NCBI GenBank assembly: GCA_964016885.1
Contig: OZ024747.1
Coordinates: forward strand, 15,066,001 to 15,130,000
Length of the DNA stretch: 64,000 bases
Direction: 5' to 3'
From: Eledone cirrhosa
Lineage: Eukaryota
This document shows, in pieces, positions 1 to 14,102 of this stretch. The translations under genes were made by a program, and so were the position numbers. Every line of letters begins with the position of its first letter. Position 1 is the first letter of the stretch. The notes below the pieces were generated by a model. It made no database searches. It was not told the origin of the DNA and worked only from the letters and a program-made list of their open reading frames with translations.

Positions 1-141
1 TATATAAAATATATATAATATATATGTATATAAAATATATATAATATATATGTTTATATATGTGTGTGTGTGCGTGTGTGTGTGTCTAAATATATATGCA
101 CACACCCTCACACACTATCTAATTGTTATTAGATAGCTAGA

Positions 142-189
142 TAGTCGTCGAAACGGCTCGAGCTCTGCTGTTGGGGTCATACTTTCTCC

Positions 190-190
<1 letters not shown>
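142..190 (+). mobile_element. Family A mini-element fragment (3' half of hammerhead)
   Basis: tagtcgtcgaaacggctcgagctctgctgttgggg matches 4299-4335, 4500-4535 and 60157-60190(-); abuts (TA)n. Confidence 0.6.
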
Positions 191-1275
<1,085 letters not shown>

Positions 1276-1304
1276 TAACATTACACCAAAACACTTTAAA
1301 CAGA

Positions 1305-1420
1305 TACAGACCCCATAAAATTCAAAGAGTGTTTAGACAAATTCCTTCAAGAAATCCTGGATTAAACTCCTACACACGGATATATCTCCGCAAACAATAA
1401 CCCCCTTCATGAGTGGGTCA
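1305..1420 (+). mobile_element. CR1/L2-group LINE 3' remnant
   Basis: Translates DPIKFKECLDKFLQEILD*TPTHGYISANNNPLHEW, resembling the FKxxLDKFLxxIPDxP...GY...NSL C-terminus of CR1-group ORF2. Confidence 0.6.
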
Positions 1421-1478
1421 TGGTGTCCTAATCCTGATTTAAAAGACTGCGCCAGTTGGTGTTATTAAGTTACACATG

Positions 1479-1578
1479 TTGACTTTGCCTATCATGCTTA
1501 ACGGGTCGATGAAATAAAGTACCAGTAATGCACTGGGGGGTAATTGCTGGCCTTGTGCCTAAAGTAGAAATAGTTATT
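1479..1578 (+). mobile_element. 5'-truncated Nin/Deu-like SINE with 18-bp TSD
   Basis: Core tttgcctatcatgcttaacgggtcgatgaaataaagtaccag; gttattaagttacacatg duplicated at 1461-1478 and 1573-1590. Confidence 0.85.
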
Positions 1579-1689
1579 AAGTTACACATGATCTGGGCCA
1601 ATACTGGCCAAAACATATCAAAGTTATCAAAGTTATATTCATATATTTATATATGTATATAAATATACATACATATGTATGTGTGTGTG

Positions 1690-1730
<41 letters not shown>

Positions 1731-1786
1731 ATTTGCATGTATATATATATATATACACATATATATGTATATATATGTATATATAG

Positions 1787-1898
<112 letters not shown>

Positions 1899-1974
1899 GT
1901 ATATATATATATATATATTTCTGCATATATATATATATGTGCATATATATTACACATCTGCTTATATGTCTATC

Positions 1975-2005
<31 letters not shown>

Positions 2006-2116
2006 GTATATATATATATACACACACATATATATGTATATATATATGTATATATACAAATATATATATATATATACATATATTTATGTATATATATATA
2101 TTTATGCATATATGCA

Positions 2117-2218
<102 letters not shown>

Positions 2219-2816
2219 CACACATATATATATATATACATTCATAAATGTATATATGTATGTATACTGATTCATATATATATATATACATACATATGTG
2301 ACTTATATATATATAAGTTACATATACAAAGAAAGAGAGAGAGGGAGTGTTTTATACAATATTCAAAACTTCAATACAAAGACGTGTTAAGTTTTATAGT
2401 TTCAAATATAAATCAACATATTAAAGGGAGGATTCTTTTTTATTAGAAACTGTTGAAAACTTTTGAAGTTAGTCAAGTGAATCAAAGTTAGTAATGTTAC
2501 TCCTATTTATGTCATTGAACTTCAATCAAACATGAAGATAAAGAAAACAAACTTCCATTCTTGCTCAGTAGAAATGCAGTTGTTACATAACTTTTCTTAC
2601 ATACGATTTCGTTTAAGTCTTTATATAAATATTTGTATGTTTTTGTATATAGTGAAAAAATGTAATTATATATCTATGTGTGTTTATGTGACGGTATTTG
2701 TGTTGACATGTCTGTGCGTGTGTGTATGTGAGTGTCTTTGTGTATATGTCTGTGTGTGTGTGTATGTGAGTGTCTTTGTGTATATGTCTGTGTGTGTGTG
2801 TGTGTGTGTACATATA

Positions 2817-2898
<82 letters not shown>

Positions 2899-2946
2899 TA
2901 TGCGTATATACATGTAGATATACATATATTCATGTACGTATGTGTA

Positions 2947-2996
<50 letters not shown>

Positions 2997-3042
2997 TATG
3001 GAATACTGTTGGCTTCTTGCTACAATACTTTCTTTACCTTTC

Positions 3043-3087
<45 letters not shown>

Positions 3088-3165
3088 CATATATAGACGC
3101 ATGTATAAATATATAAATATAAATGTAAATATAAATGTATATATATATATATGTATATATATATG

Positions 3166-3228
<63 letters not shown>

Positions 3229-3328
3229 TATGTATGTATAAATAGATAAATATATATATACAAATATATATATATATATATGTGTGTGTGTGTATATATA
3301 TGCATATATATATATACATATATATATG

Positions 3329-3423
<95 letters not shown>

Positions 3424-3937
3424 TGCCTGGGAATATATGGGCTTTTTGTTTGTTAGATACATTTATAATTCTTATATGAATGATATGTAAATCTTTGGAT
3501 TTACTCCTGCCACATTCCTAGTAGTGATAAATGTCAGTCTCCCTTCGATGGCCCCTTTAATAATAGTTCAGCACTTTAAGGTAGAAACAGCCGATTTTAT
3601 TGTATTACATTATATATTTTTATGTCAGTATGCAAGGCACTGTAAGTGTACGCTTTGCCTGACTTTTAATAGACATTATCAAAGTAGATAAATATACATA
3701 GACAAACACACATCTGCACACGCACACACGCACACACGCAGAGACGATTATCCCTCCGCACACACACAAACTTAATGATTAATTAATTCTCAATGTTGCA
3801 TTTACATCACCCCAATCGATAATTCTCGTGTAAACAGGATTTAGCACTCTGCGTCGGTTGAACCAATCTAACAATGATCTGGGATCATGTAAACTAGTAC
3901 AATTATATCTGTATATATATATATATACATTAATGAT

Positions 3938-4075
3938 AATATTTGTTACTACTTTAGGCACAAGGCCAGCAATTTTTAAGGGGAGGGGAAATCGATTAAA
4001 TCGACCCCCAGTGTGTTACTGGTATGTCCTTTTATCGATCCGTAAGGATGAAAGGCAAAGTTAACCTCGACAGGA
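3938..4075 (-). mobile_element. Nin/Deu-like SINE, partial
   Basis: ttaggcacaaggccagcaat...tttatcgatccgtaaggatgaaaggcaaagttaacctcg is the reverse complement of the family core. Confidence 0.8.
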
Positions 4076-4125
4076 AAAATAATAATAATAATAATTGTTT
4101 CTATTTTTTTTTCATATATATATAT

Positions 4126-4350
4126 AACGAAGGAAGTGTGGTAAGGAACCAGATAGACCATAAAGCACCAGAGTACTCAATACTTAGGGTAGTAGAGTGG
4201 GTAATAGGAAAATGTTTAATCCCGACGGCAGACCTCAAGCCGTTTCGACGGCTACTTCTGGAATCAAAAATAGCCGTCTAGATATAGCTGTCCAGAAATA
4301 GCCGTCGAAACGACTTGAGCTCTGCCGTCGGGGTTAAACATCATTCTCAT
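4126..4350 (-). mobile_element. Family A Penelope-like mini-element: inverted repeat plus tail, hammerhead 3' halves
   Basis: Arms 4212-4262 and 4291-4341 are inverted. The minus strand reads GAAACGGC-uugaggucu-GCCGUC-ggg (5-bp stem III, GUC site). Tail 4126-4207 recurs at 26370, 43125 and 60200. Confidence 0.7.
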
Positions 4351-4489
4351 ATTTATATATATATATATATATCATACTTAGATAACATCCCTGGGGATAC
4401 ATTGCCGTTTTATTTATGGTAGATTCATTTGTAATTCTTATATGAATGATATGAATGATATGTATAATATATATATATATATATTATTT

Positions 4490-4545
4490 AGTCCAGAATT
4501 AGCCGTCGAAACGGTTTGAGCTCAGCCGTCGGGGTCCTACTCGTT

Positions 4546-4548
<3 letters not shown>
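4490..4548 (+). mobile_element. Family A fragment
   Basis: agtccagaattagccgtcgaaacggtttgagctcagccgtcggggtcctactcgttcct is near-identical to the reverse complement of 60144-60201. Confidence 0.75.
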
Positions 4549-4580
<32 letters not shown>

Positions 4581-5464
4581 GCACACGTACAGAGATACAC
4601 ACACATGTGACTGTGTGTGCGTGTGTGTGTTTGTTTATATACCCCTTTTCTATTTCATTCTTTTAATTGTTCCAGCTCATGTGCTGAGACCAAATGCTGT
4701 GGACCTGCCATTGTTGCAACACTTTGTAAGGCTACCCTTCCTTGGTTGGTCATTGCTGAATAACTGAATGTGAATTGCGAATCATCTTCCCACATTCACG
4801 TTTCTTGGCATGTTCTTCGCTCATCTGTGTTGTTAGACAGAGAAATGACTATATGCTTCGCGAAGACAGCTTCAGTATATCCCTTTAGCTGCATATTAAC
4901 TAACAAGGGTTCTTTAATCCCCACAGTATCAGGGTGGGGTATTCTGCAGTATGCTGTAGCATCCCGTTCAGTGATTAGTGTGACTATCACAATATCAAAC
5001 TCCTGGTAATAAGTCTCCCAGGAATTTCCATATCAATATAAAATCGTGTATATTCTTGGTGTGGCATCGTTGGATCCTCCATGTCCTGGTGTTAATTTGT
5101 CAATGTGGAGATCACTTAGTTGACAGCAATAGTCAAGGGGATTTGGGAAGTTGCACACGACTGGACGAACCTTCTCATTCTGTTATTTTGGCCGAGAAAA
5201 TATCTATATGAGTCATTAAGCGATGCGCACATATGGTTATTTTTTCATATCCAATCGAGTTCTAAGCACGTGGCTTGAATTCTTTTCAGAGTTCAACGAC
5301 CTGCGCATGTTATGTTTTTGGCGGTAACCTCCTTCCTCCTATGTTCGAGACAGTGTGAGATATTCTTTAGAACTGCTGGACTAACAACCTAGCAGCTCCC
5401 TCAAACACTGATGGTGATTATCGCTAAAATATTGATGTTGATTTGGTTATCAATATTAATATTA

Positions 5465-5840
5465 TTGGGCACCCACTGAAGAATTATAAGAGCCCACTTG
5501 AATAAGTATCTGTTGATCTATACAAACTTCTACATAACTTGGTATAATTTCACCCAACTTGTAGAAATCTTATAATGAAACGAGTCGTCTGGGAAGAGAT
5601 ATATTTGATATATCTCATATGAAATGATACAGCCAAATTTTCCACACAATACAATTAGTTAACACCCCGAACGTTTAATTGGGAATATACTCAGCTATTT
5701 CCTAATGTTTGTTGAGTGAGTTGTAATTTGGCCGGAGTATCGCTATTAGCTTTCTCCGATTATGTATTTATAAATATATTTATTAAATAACAGATTAAAG
5801 TTAAGCAAAGAATCGCTGCTTTCACCCTTAACTGGATCTT
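5465..5840 (+). mobile_element. Family E mini-element
   Basis: Homologous to 54255-54580, 41922-42200 and (5782-5840) the reverse complement of 49757-49820. Confidence 0.7.
5472..5593 (+). ncRNA. Type I hammerhead ribozyme with long stem II insert (family E)
   Basis: ccca|CTGAAGA|attataag ...78 nt... cttataat|GAAA|cgagtc GTC|tggg. Stem I ccca/tggg, stem II 8 bp, near-palindromic stem III; predicted cleavage after 5589. Confidence 0.75.
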
Positions 5841-6107
5841 CTGAAACTAACAAAGTCAATCTGTAAACGCAGAACTGGATATTTCAAAAAACGTTGCAAC
5901 CGAGGAAGTACAGGAAGACGATACTTTGGTTCGTGGAAACGTTCGCTGGCAAAGAACGGGAAAAAACGAATAATACGTCATTAATAGGAGCGGTATATAT
6001 TTATGATATATATTATCCTTATCGAGCCCTCTTTGGATTTTAGTCTTCAATTTTATTATTATTACTATATATAATATATATATATATATAATATATATAT
6101 ATAATAT

Positions 6108-6265
<158 letters not shown>

Positions 6266-6480
6266 TTAATAGATAGATAGATAGATAGATAGATTAAAAA
6301 TATACAGAACCGTACCTCTTTATGTCACTGTTGTAGTTATTTATAGATATAGATATATATATATATAGATATAGAAATATATGTACATATTTAAATATAT
6401 ATATTTTATGGTGGATCCACACAAGGGCCTCAGATCCTTCGGCCGGAACACTTAATAGAGTAATAGAGTATATATATATA

Positions 6481-6519
<39 letters not shown>

Positions 6520-6640
6520 TATGGTTGGATCATTAATGTGTATCGGGAAAGGACCACACTTAAAAACAATACTCAATACGTTGGTAGTGTAAAGGCGTTT
6601 TGATTATATATTGAAATGAATCCTACAGTACTACAACTGT

Positions 6641-6719
<79 letters not shown>

Positions 6720-7232
6720 TATATATATATACATACATACATATCATTGTTTATATATATATATATACATATTTACACACACACACACATACATATATAT
6801 TTAAATATATAAATATATATATATATATGTATATATAATTAGATAGATCCATACATACATAGAAACATACATACATACATACATACATACATACATACAT
6901 ACATACATAATTACATACATACATACATGCATGCATACATACATATATGCATGCATACAAAACATACATGGTGGCTGCCAACTCGTTTTCGAGTACGGCC
7001 ACTACTTTATATCCATGTAGGAGAACCCCCTACCGATGCGCTGAACGAGTGTCACTTTTTTAGTCCAGCCAGCGACTTGAAAACTCTGGTACAAACACTA
7101 CACTTGTGACAATTATTGACACATAGTGCTGGGCCATGGTACCATGTGACGACAAGTGCAGAGAGATCTCCAGATATAAAGCAATGCCTGTGCCGTGAAG
7201 CTTTTATAGTTAGCAAAGGCACTGCACATACT

Positions 7233-7580
7233 TACATACATACATACATGCATGCATGCATGTATGTATACATACATACATACATACATACATACATACA
7301 TACATACATACATACATACATACATGCATGCATACATGCATGCATACATACATACATACATACATACATACATACATGCATGCATGCATACATGCATACA
7401 TGCATGCATGCATACATACATACATACATACATGCATGCATACATGCATACATGCATGCATACATACATACATACATACATGCATGCATACATGCATACA
7501 TGCATACATACATACATACATACATACATACATACATACATGCATACATACATACATGCATGCATACATGCATACATGCT
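7233..7580. repeat. (TACA)n/(TGCA)n tetranucleotide microsatellite
   Basis: Directly visible. Confidence 0.95.
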
Positions 7581-7636
7581 CATATATGAAAATCATCAGC
7601 TGACAATAAATGAAGTCTGTGCAAAAAGAGAACCGA

Positions 7637-7826
7637 AGGCGTGAGTCACATTGGCAGTATCGGTAGAGGGTTGGACGCCATGCTTTCTAGCATAGTTACG
7701 CCCCTTTACGGTCTGAGTTCAAATCCCGTCGAGGTTAACTTTGCCTTTCATCCTTACGGGGTCGATAAAGTACCAGTAATTTACTGGGTAATTGCTGGCC
7801 TTGTGCCAAAAGTAGTAACAATTATT
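7637..7826 (+). mobile_element. tRNA-derived Nin/Deu-like SINE, near full length
   Basis: A-box-like tggcagtatcggtag, B-box gagttcaaatccc, core tttgcctttcatccttacggggtcgataa, tail aattatt. Confidence 0.85.
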
Positions 7827-8332
7827 GCCAACTATGAAAGAACGTGTACACATGAACGTGTACACATGAACGTGTACACATGAAACATGATGTGATAACC
7901 AGAACAAACAGAAATGTGTTATAGATGACTAAAACAACAAAAATATATTAGGGATTGATATACTAATATTGATGGCATAAAGTAATATTTATTGGTGGAA
8001 AGTAAAAATATATACAGACACAAAATTAACTCACAACAGGCCTGATATTTCGGTTTGGGACCACAGATTGAAAGGCTGTTAAGTTGTAGAAGGCAGTGGC
8101 CCACTTAATGTAAGAGACATAAAAGAGAATATATAACGTGGAGAGTTCGAGTCCCACTACCTAATATACACATTCAGGTACATAGCTACTTTTGGAAAAA
8201 CAGGACATATACCAAATAGCCTGGGACAAAATTTGACTGAGTATGAGCTTTTGAAAAACAAATGCAACTTCTAAATTCATAAGTTAGAAATGGCAATGTT
8301 ATACGCAGGCCTGAAAAGTTTACTTAACATTC

Positions 8333-8547
8333 AGAATAAATAATTTTATAATTGTTATATTATATATAACCGGTTTCGATTGATATGACAATGTTATCAA
8401 ATATTAAGTCTTTAAGAAGTGTTCTTTCGTATATTCATGTCAGAGTAAACAGTAAAACACATTTCTTTTATATTTAATATTTGATAAGATTGTTAAACCA
8501 ATCGAAACCGGTTTTATTAATGCAACAATAATATAATTATTCATTTT
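8333..8547. mobile_element. Inverted-repeat mini-element with two degenerate minimal hammerheads
   Basis: 8476-8518 aatat-tTGATaA-gattg ttaaac caatc-GAAACCGGTT-ttatt; inverted copy at about 8362-8407. Confidence 0.55.
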
Positions 8548-8692
8548 GTGTAATTAAAGAAAAAATAAGCCTTATATATCTCTGTGTATTTTTTCCTTCA
8601 GTTTTTAATTATATATATATATATATAAGTAGATAGATAGATAGATATATATAGATACAGAGATAAAGAAATAAAGAATAAATAGAAAGTAA

Positions 8693-8917
8693 GTAATGCA
8701 AATGTCCATGCATGATTAAGAATAAAGAAAACCAAATAACCTTTGACAACGAATACATATTAATTACTTGGTTAACTATGTATATTTGTATGTAAATATG
8801 TATGTATCTCATATATATATTTACAAATGTTTCTATATATCTTATGGAAATATATACGTAGATGAATACGCACACACACACACATACAAACATACACATG
8901 AACACACACGCACACAC

Positions 8918-8967
<50 letters not shown>

Positions 8968-9732
8968 ATATATACATATACATGTATAAACATGCATATG
9001 TATATGCACACACAGACACACAAATATATTTATAAAGATACATATATATATATATATATCTTTATAAATATATGTGTGTGTGTGTGCATATACATATGCA
9101 TATTTATACATGTATATGTATATATCCATATATATATATATATATATATACATGCATGCGTGTGTGTTCATGTGTATGTTTGTATGTGTGTGTATGTGTG
9201 TGTGCGTATTTATCTACGTATATATTTCCATAAGATATATAGAAACATTTGTAAATATATATATGAGATACATGACATATATGACATATATGAGATACAT
9301 TATTTCTGAGGACAGCATATATATGTGTAGGTATGTATGATAGTTTGTATAAATACTGTACATAGATCTATAGAATATGCATACCAACTCCAACACATAT
9401 ATATCCTAGAAACGATCGTAAAATGATGAATTTTTTTAATATAAGGAACTGTTTCTTTGTTTATTCATTATTTTATTAATTTATCTTGACTCTGTTTTCC
9501 GTTTATTTTTCACCGAAAGTAGTTTTTGAATGCATCTTCTCTTTTCATGATATCCGGATTACATTGAGTTCTTCATACGGATTGGACACTACCGTAAACT
9601 TTTGGTAGATGTATCTACATATATGAGATACATACATATTTACATACAAATATACATAGTTAATTAATATGTATTCGTTGTCAAAGGTTATTTGGTTTTC
9701 TTTATTCTTAATCATGCATGGACATATGCAAT
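8693..9732. repeat. Long palindrome centred on (TA)n at about 9050, right arm interrupted by an insertion
   Basis: 8803-9045 is inverted at 9056-9273; 8693-8815 is inverted at 9617-9732. Confidence 0.85.
9302..9424 (+). ncRNA. Type I hammerhead ribozyme with long stem II (family F)
   Basis: attt|CTGAGGA|cagc atatatatgtg ... cacatatatat ccta|GAAA|cgatc GTA|aaat. Palindromic stem III ACGAUCGU; the base of stem II is mismatched. Confidence 0.6.
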
Positions 9733-9952
9733 ATTTACTTTCTATGTGCTAACCAGACGTAAACACTATGACTGTATGTATTGTGAGTTGTCCTCTTTCA
9801 TACATATTCTCGTCTGGTAAATTAATCATACATACACACGCACGCAACCATACACATATGTACATGTACACTCACAAACACATACACACAGAGCTGTACA
9901 TGTATATGTATATGTCTGTGTTTATGTACGTATATATATATATATATATATT

Positions 9953-9990
<38 letters not shown>

Positions 9991-10117
9991 TGTATAATGT
10001 ATAAAATACACACATTCATATCTGTATATATGTATATATATAAATATTCATATATACATTCATATATGTATACGTATATTTACATCCATACATATATATA
10101 TATATACATATATATAA

Positions 10118-10152
<35 letters not shown>

Positions 10153-10300
10153 TTAATATATATATATATATATAAATATATTAATATATATATAGATATA
10201 TAAATATATTAATATATATATAGATATATAAATATATTAATATATATATAGTTATAGTTATATATAACTATATATTTATATATATATATATATATATATA

Positions 10301-10345
<45 letters not shown>

Positions 10346-10349
10346 CTAC

Positions 10350-10402
<53 letters not shown>

Positions 10403-10793
10403 ACTATATATATATGTGAGTGTATTATCTGAATGTATGAGTATAACTGTACTTAGTGAAAGTAGGTAATTATTAGAAGTATAACCACTCAATACGCCTA
10501 TATTGTGTGGAATATTGAATTGCTTTTACAGGGAAATTCAGTTACGATGACAACATTTTTATCGGCTCAGCAAATCTGGCAAAGTTGACCGAAGTCTGAA
10601 CATTCAAATCACTGATAACATATTCCTTGAAAAAAACAGAAATTGTCTATCTGTCAATCTAAATGTCTATCCATTTATCCTACACACACACAATACACAC
10701 AATACACACACAGACGCACGCTCACACAGGTACATATGCATACATATATATATATACATTTATATATATATAAATATATATATATATATAAAA

Positions 10794-10848
<55 letters not shown>

Positions 10849-10877
10849 TATATATATAATACATATATATATATACA

Positions 10878-10948
<71 letters not shown>

Positions 10949-10965
10949 TTACTATATATATAAAC

Positions 10966-10996
<31 letters not shown>

Positions 10997-11059
10997 TATA
11001 CATATATATATTAGGTGCGTACAGTAATTCATACATAAAGTAAGCCATAAAACCCCTTG

Positions 11060-11126
<67 letters not shown>

Positions 11127-11479
11127 TTGTGTATAAAAATGCCTATACTATTATATATAAGTAAGGGTATGCATATAACGATACGTATGTATGTCGGCAC
11201 AACCGTGTTTGCGTAATTACCAACATGAGACAGGTGTTTTTAACTACACTGTTATCTCTGTCTGTTAATATCTTGTTACAGACTTCACCTTTTTCCTCTT
11301 TCTACATGTCCCTCTCTCTCTTTCTCCGTGTCCCTCTCTTTCTCTCTCTCTCCGTGTCCCTCTCTTTCTCTCCCTCTCTATCTCTATATCTCTATATCTC
11401 TATATCTCTCTCAACATCTCACAGCCATTTAAAACCACATAACAACAACAAAAATATCGGTGACTACAACATCAAAATT

Positions 11480-11510
<31 letters not shown>

Positions 11511-11540
11511 ATATATATATATATATGTATATATACACGC

Positions 11541-11589
<49 letters not shown>

Positions 11590-11592
11590 CGC

Positions 11593-11972
<380 letters not shown>

Positions 11973-12025
11973 TATATATATATATGTATATATATGTATG
12001 TAATATATATATGTATGTATATATG

Positions 12026-12056
<31 letters not shown>

Positions 12057-12760
12057 GTATATATGTATGTGTATGTATATGTATATATATATATATGTAT
12101 GTAAGATATTGCTACACACACATATATGTATACTGGAAGTGTTTGTGAGAAAGAAAGAGAGGAGAGAGAGATAGCAAGTGAGAGAGAGGGTGGTATTGTT
12201 TACAAAATAAGGATATCAAAACTACAACAACACCAACAAAATCATCAATGACACGAGTGGTTGTTCTACCTGCTAGAAATAGCAACTAAATCTCAGTCTA
12301 ATTAAACCCTCTCTACAGTATTGATCAGTAGCGTAACTAGAGTGTGTCAAACCTTCCACCGGTACCAACACTGTAACCCCCTCACACATTATATAAATTT
12401 ATACAACAGAGCCCAACGTGCCTCTCCCCCAACCCCCGCCGCCCTGCATCCCTATAGAAATGCCGCCTATATAGTGTGCCCCGGGGCGGAGTGCCTCCCT
12501 TGCTCACTCCATCCATAGCTATTTTCTTGTCTCGCTAAAAGCGTTACAGGACAATTTAGATGATTGTGTACTCATTGAAACGATTAACTCTCTGAATCGA
12601 CCAGGCAGTCATAGCTGGATTGACTCTAACATTTGAGGTGAATAACCAGATTCAAACCTCCTTAAAAAACGGACTGTTTTACTGCACAATATAGAAATCT
12701 CTCCTGGAGTTTTTCTTTACACACACACACACACACACACGCACACACACACATACACAT

Positions 12761-12792
<32 letters not shown>

Positions 12793-12793
<1 letters not shown>

Positions 12794-13041
12794 GTAAAAC
12801 ATTGAACGGGAACAAAACAGAGAGGCAGTACGAACAAAGGTTTATTAGTTTCACGCTCATGAGAGTGGAGTGGTGGTGGGGAACGACGTTTCGGGCATAA
12901 GCCCTTCTTCAGGTGAAAAGTGTGTGGGAGGAGAGTTCCAAGTGTGTGTAGGGGAGTGGTGGAGAGACATATCGAAAAAAGGGGGTGAGAGGAAACGGTA
13001 CAAATGAAATTAAATATAAAAGCATGATAAAAATAAAAATA

Positions 13042-13042
<1 letters not shown>
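12793..13042 (-). mobile_element. Family B mini-element in (TA)n
   Basis: Colinear with 45795-46088; flanked on both sides by (TA)n. Confidence 0.85.
12883..12914 (-). ncRNA. Minimal type I hammerhead (Penelope-type)
   Basis: Minus strand ac|CTGAAGA|a gggc ttat gccc|GAAAC GTC|gt; palindromic ACGU stem III, AATAAA downstream. Confidence 0.75.
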
Positions 13043-13108
<66 letters not shown>

Positions 13109-13615
13109 GAATCGGAGCTGTGATCTGTCTGTGTGTACGTATATATGCGTTTGTATGGGTGTTTGTACATATATATGAATGCTTGTATATATACCATCAG
13201 ATACACAAACACACAGACAAACAAACACGCCCATATACACATAAACAAAAACAGAGAATGATCATCGTTCGAACGCTTTGGTCAATTATATATATATATC
13301 AGTTCGATCAGAACTGATCGTGGACTAAAAAAATCAAAACAAACAACACCAATGACAATAATTATATTAACAATAAAATACTTTATATTGTTTGTGATTA
13401 GCTCCCATCATGCATGGCCGTTGCAGTAGTAACCATGTTGAGCTCCTGTATTTGTTTTCATGGTTATGTAGGAATGCATTCTCAAAGATGTTTGGCATCT
13501 AAAGAGGGAAATATTCCTGTTTCAGAGAATTATAGTTATATATACACACATATACATGCATACACACACACACACACACTCACACACACACATATATATA
13601 TATATATAGGTTTAT

Positions 13616-13665
13616 CTCGGGTTAAAACGGGGTTAACTACAGTAAGTAAGGTACTCAATACATAG
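13616..13665 (-). mobile_element. Family C tail fragment, followed by (GAA)n
   Basis: cggggttaactacagtaagtaaggtactcaatacatag matches 24654-24692 and 52508-52545. Confidence 0.7.
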
Positions 13666-14029
13666 AAGAAGAAGAAGAAGAAGAAGAAGAAGAAGAAGAA
13701 GAAGCCCCATTTGTGACCATCTCGTAATTTATTTATTATATATATATTTTTTTTTTCAGGTATAGCATATCAAGAACTTCATTATCCAACGTGTCATTCT
13801 TTTTTTTATAATTATTATTTTTAACGAATAGATTAGATTAGATTTGTGGCTTCTATTTCTAGCGGATTGTCTACCTACGACCCCCCCCTCCCATGTCTAC
13901 ACACGGAAGCTATGTATAGAAAGCTTGTAAAAACAAATCAGTATAAGACGAGAGCGTGTATGATGCACACTATATCGTTTACTGTTTCTTATAAGTAGAC
14001 TTGTACATTAGTAATACTATATAATAATA

Positions 14030-14102
14030 CTAATTGTTTCTACGTTAGGCACAAGGCCAACAATTACTCCAGTGTATTACTGGTACTTTATTTTATCGAC
14101 CC
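14030..14102 (-). mobile_element. Nin/Deu-like SINE 3' fragment
   Basis: aattgtttctacgttaggcacaaggcc...ggtactttattttatcgaccc. Confidence 0.8.
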
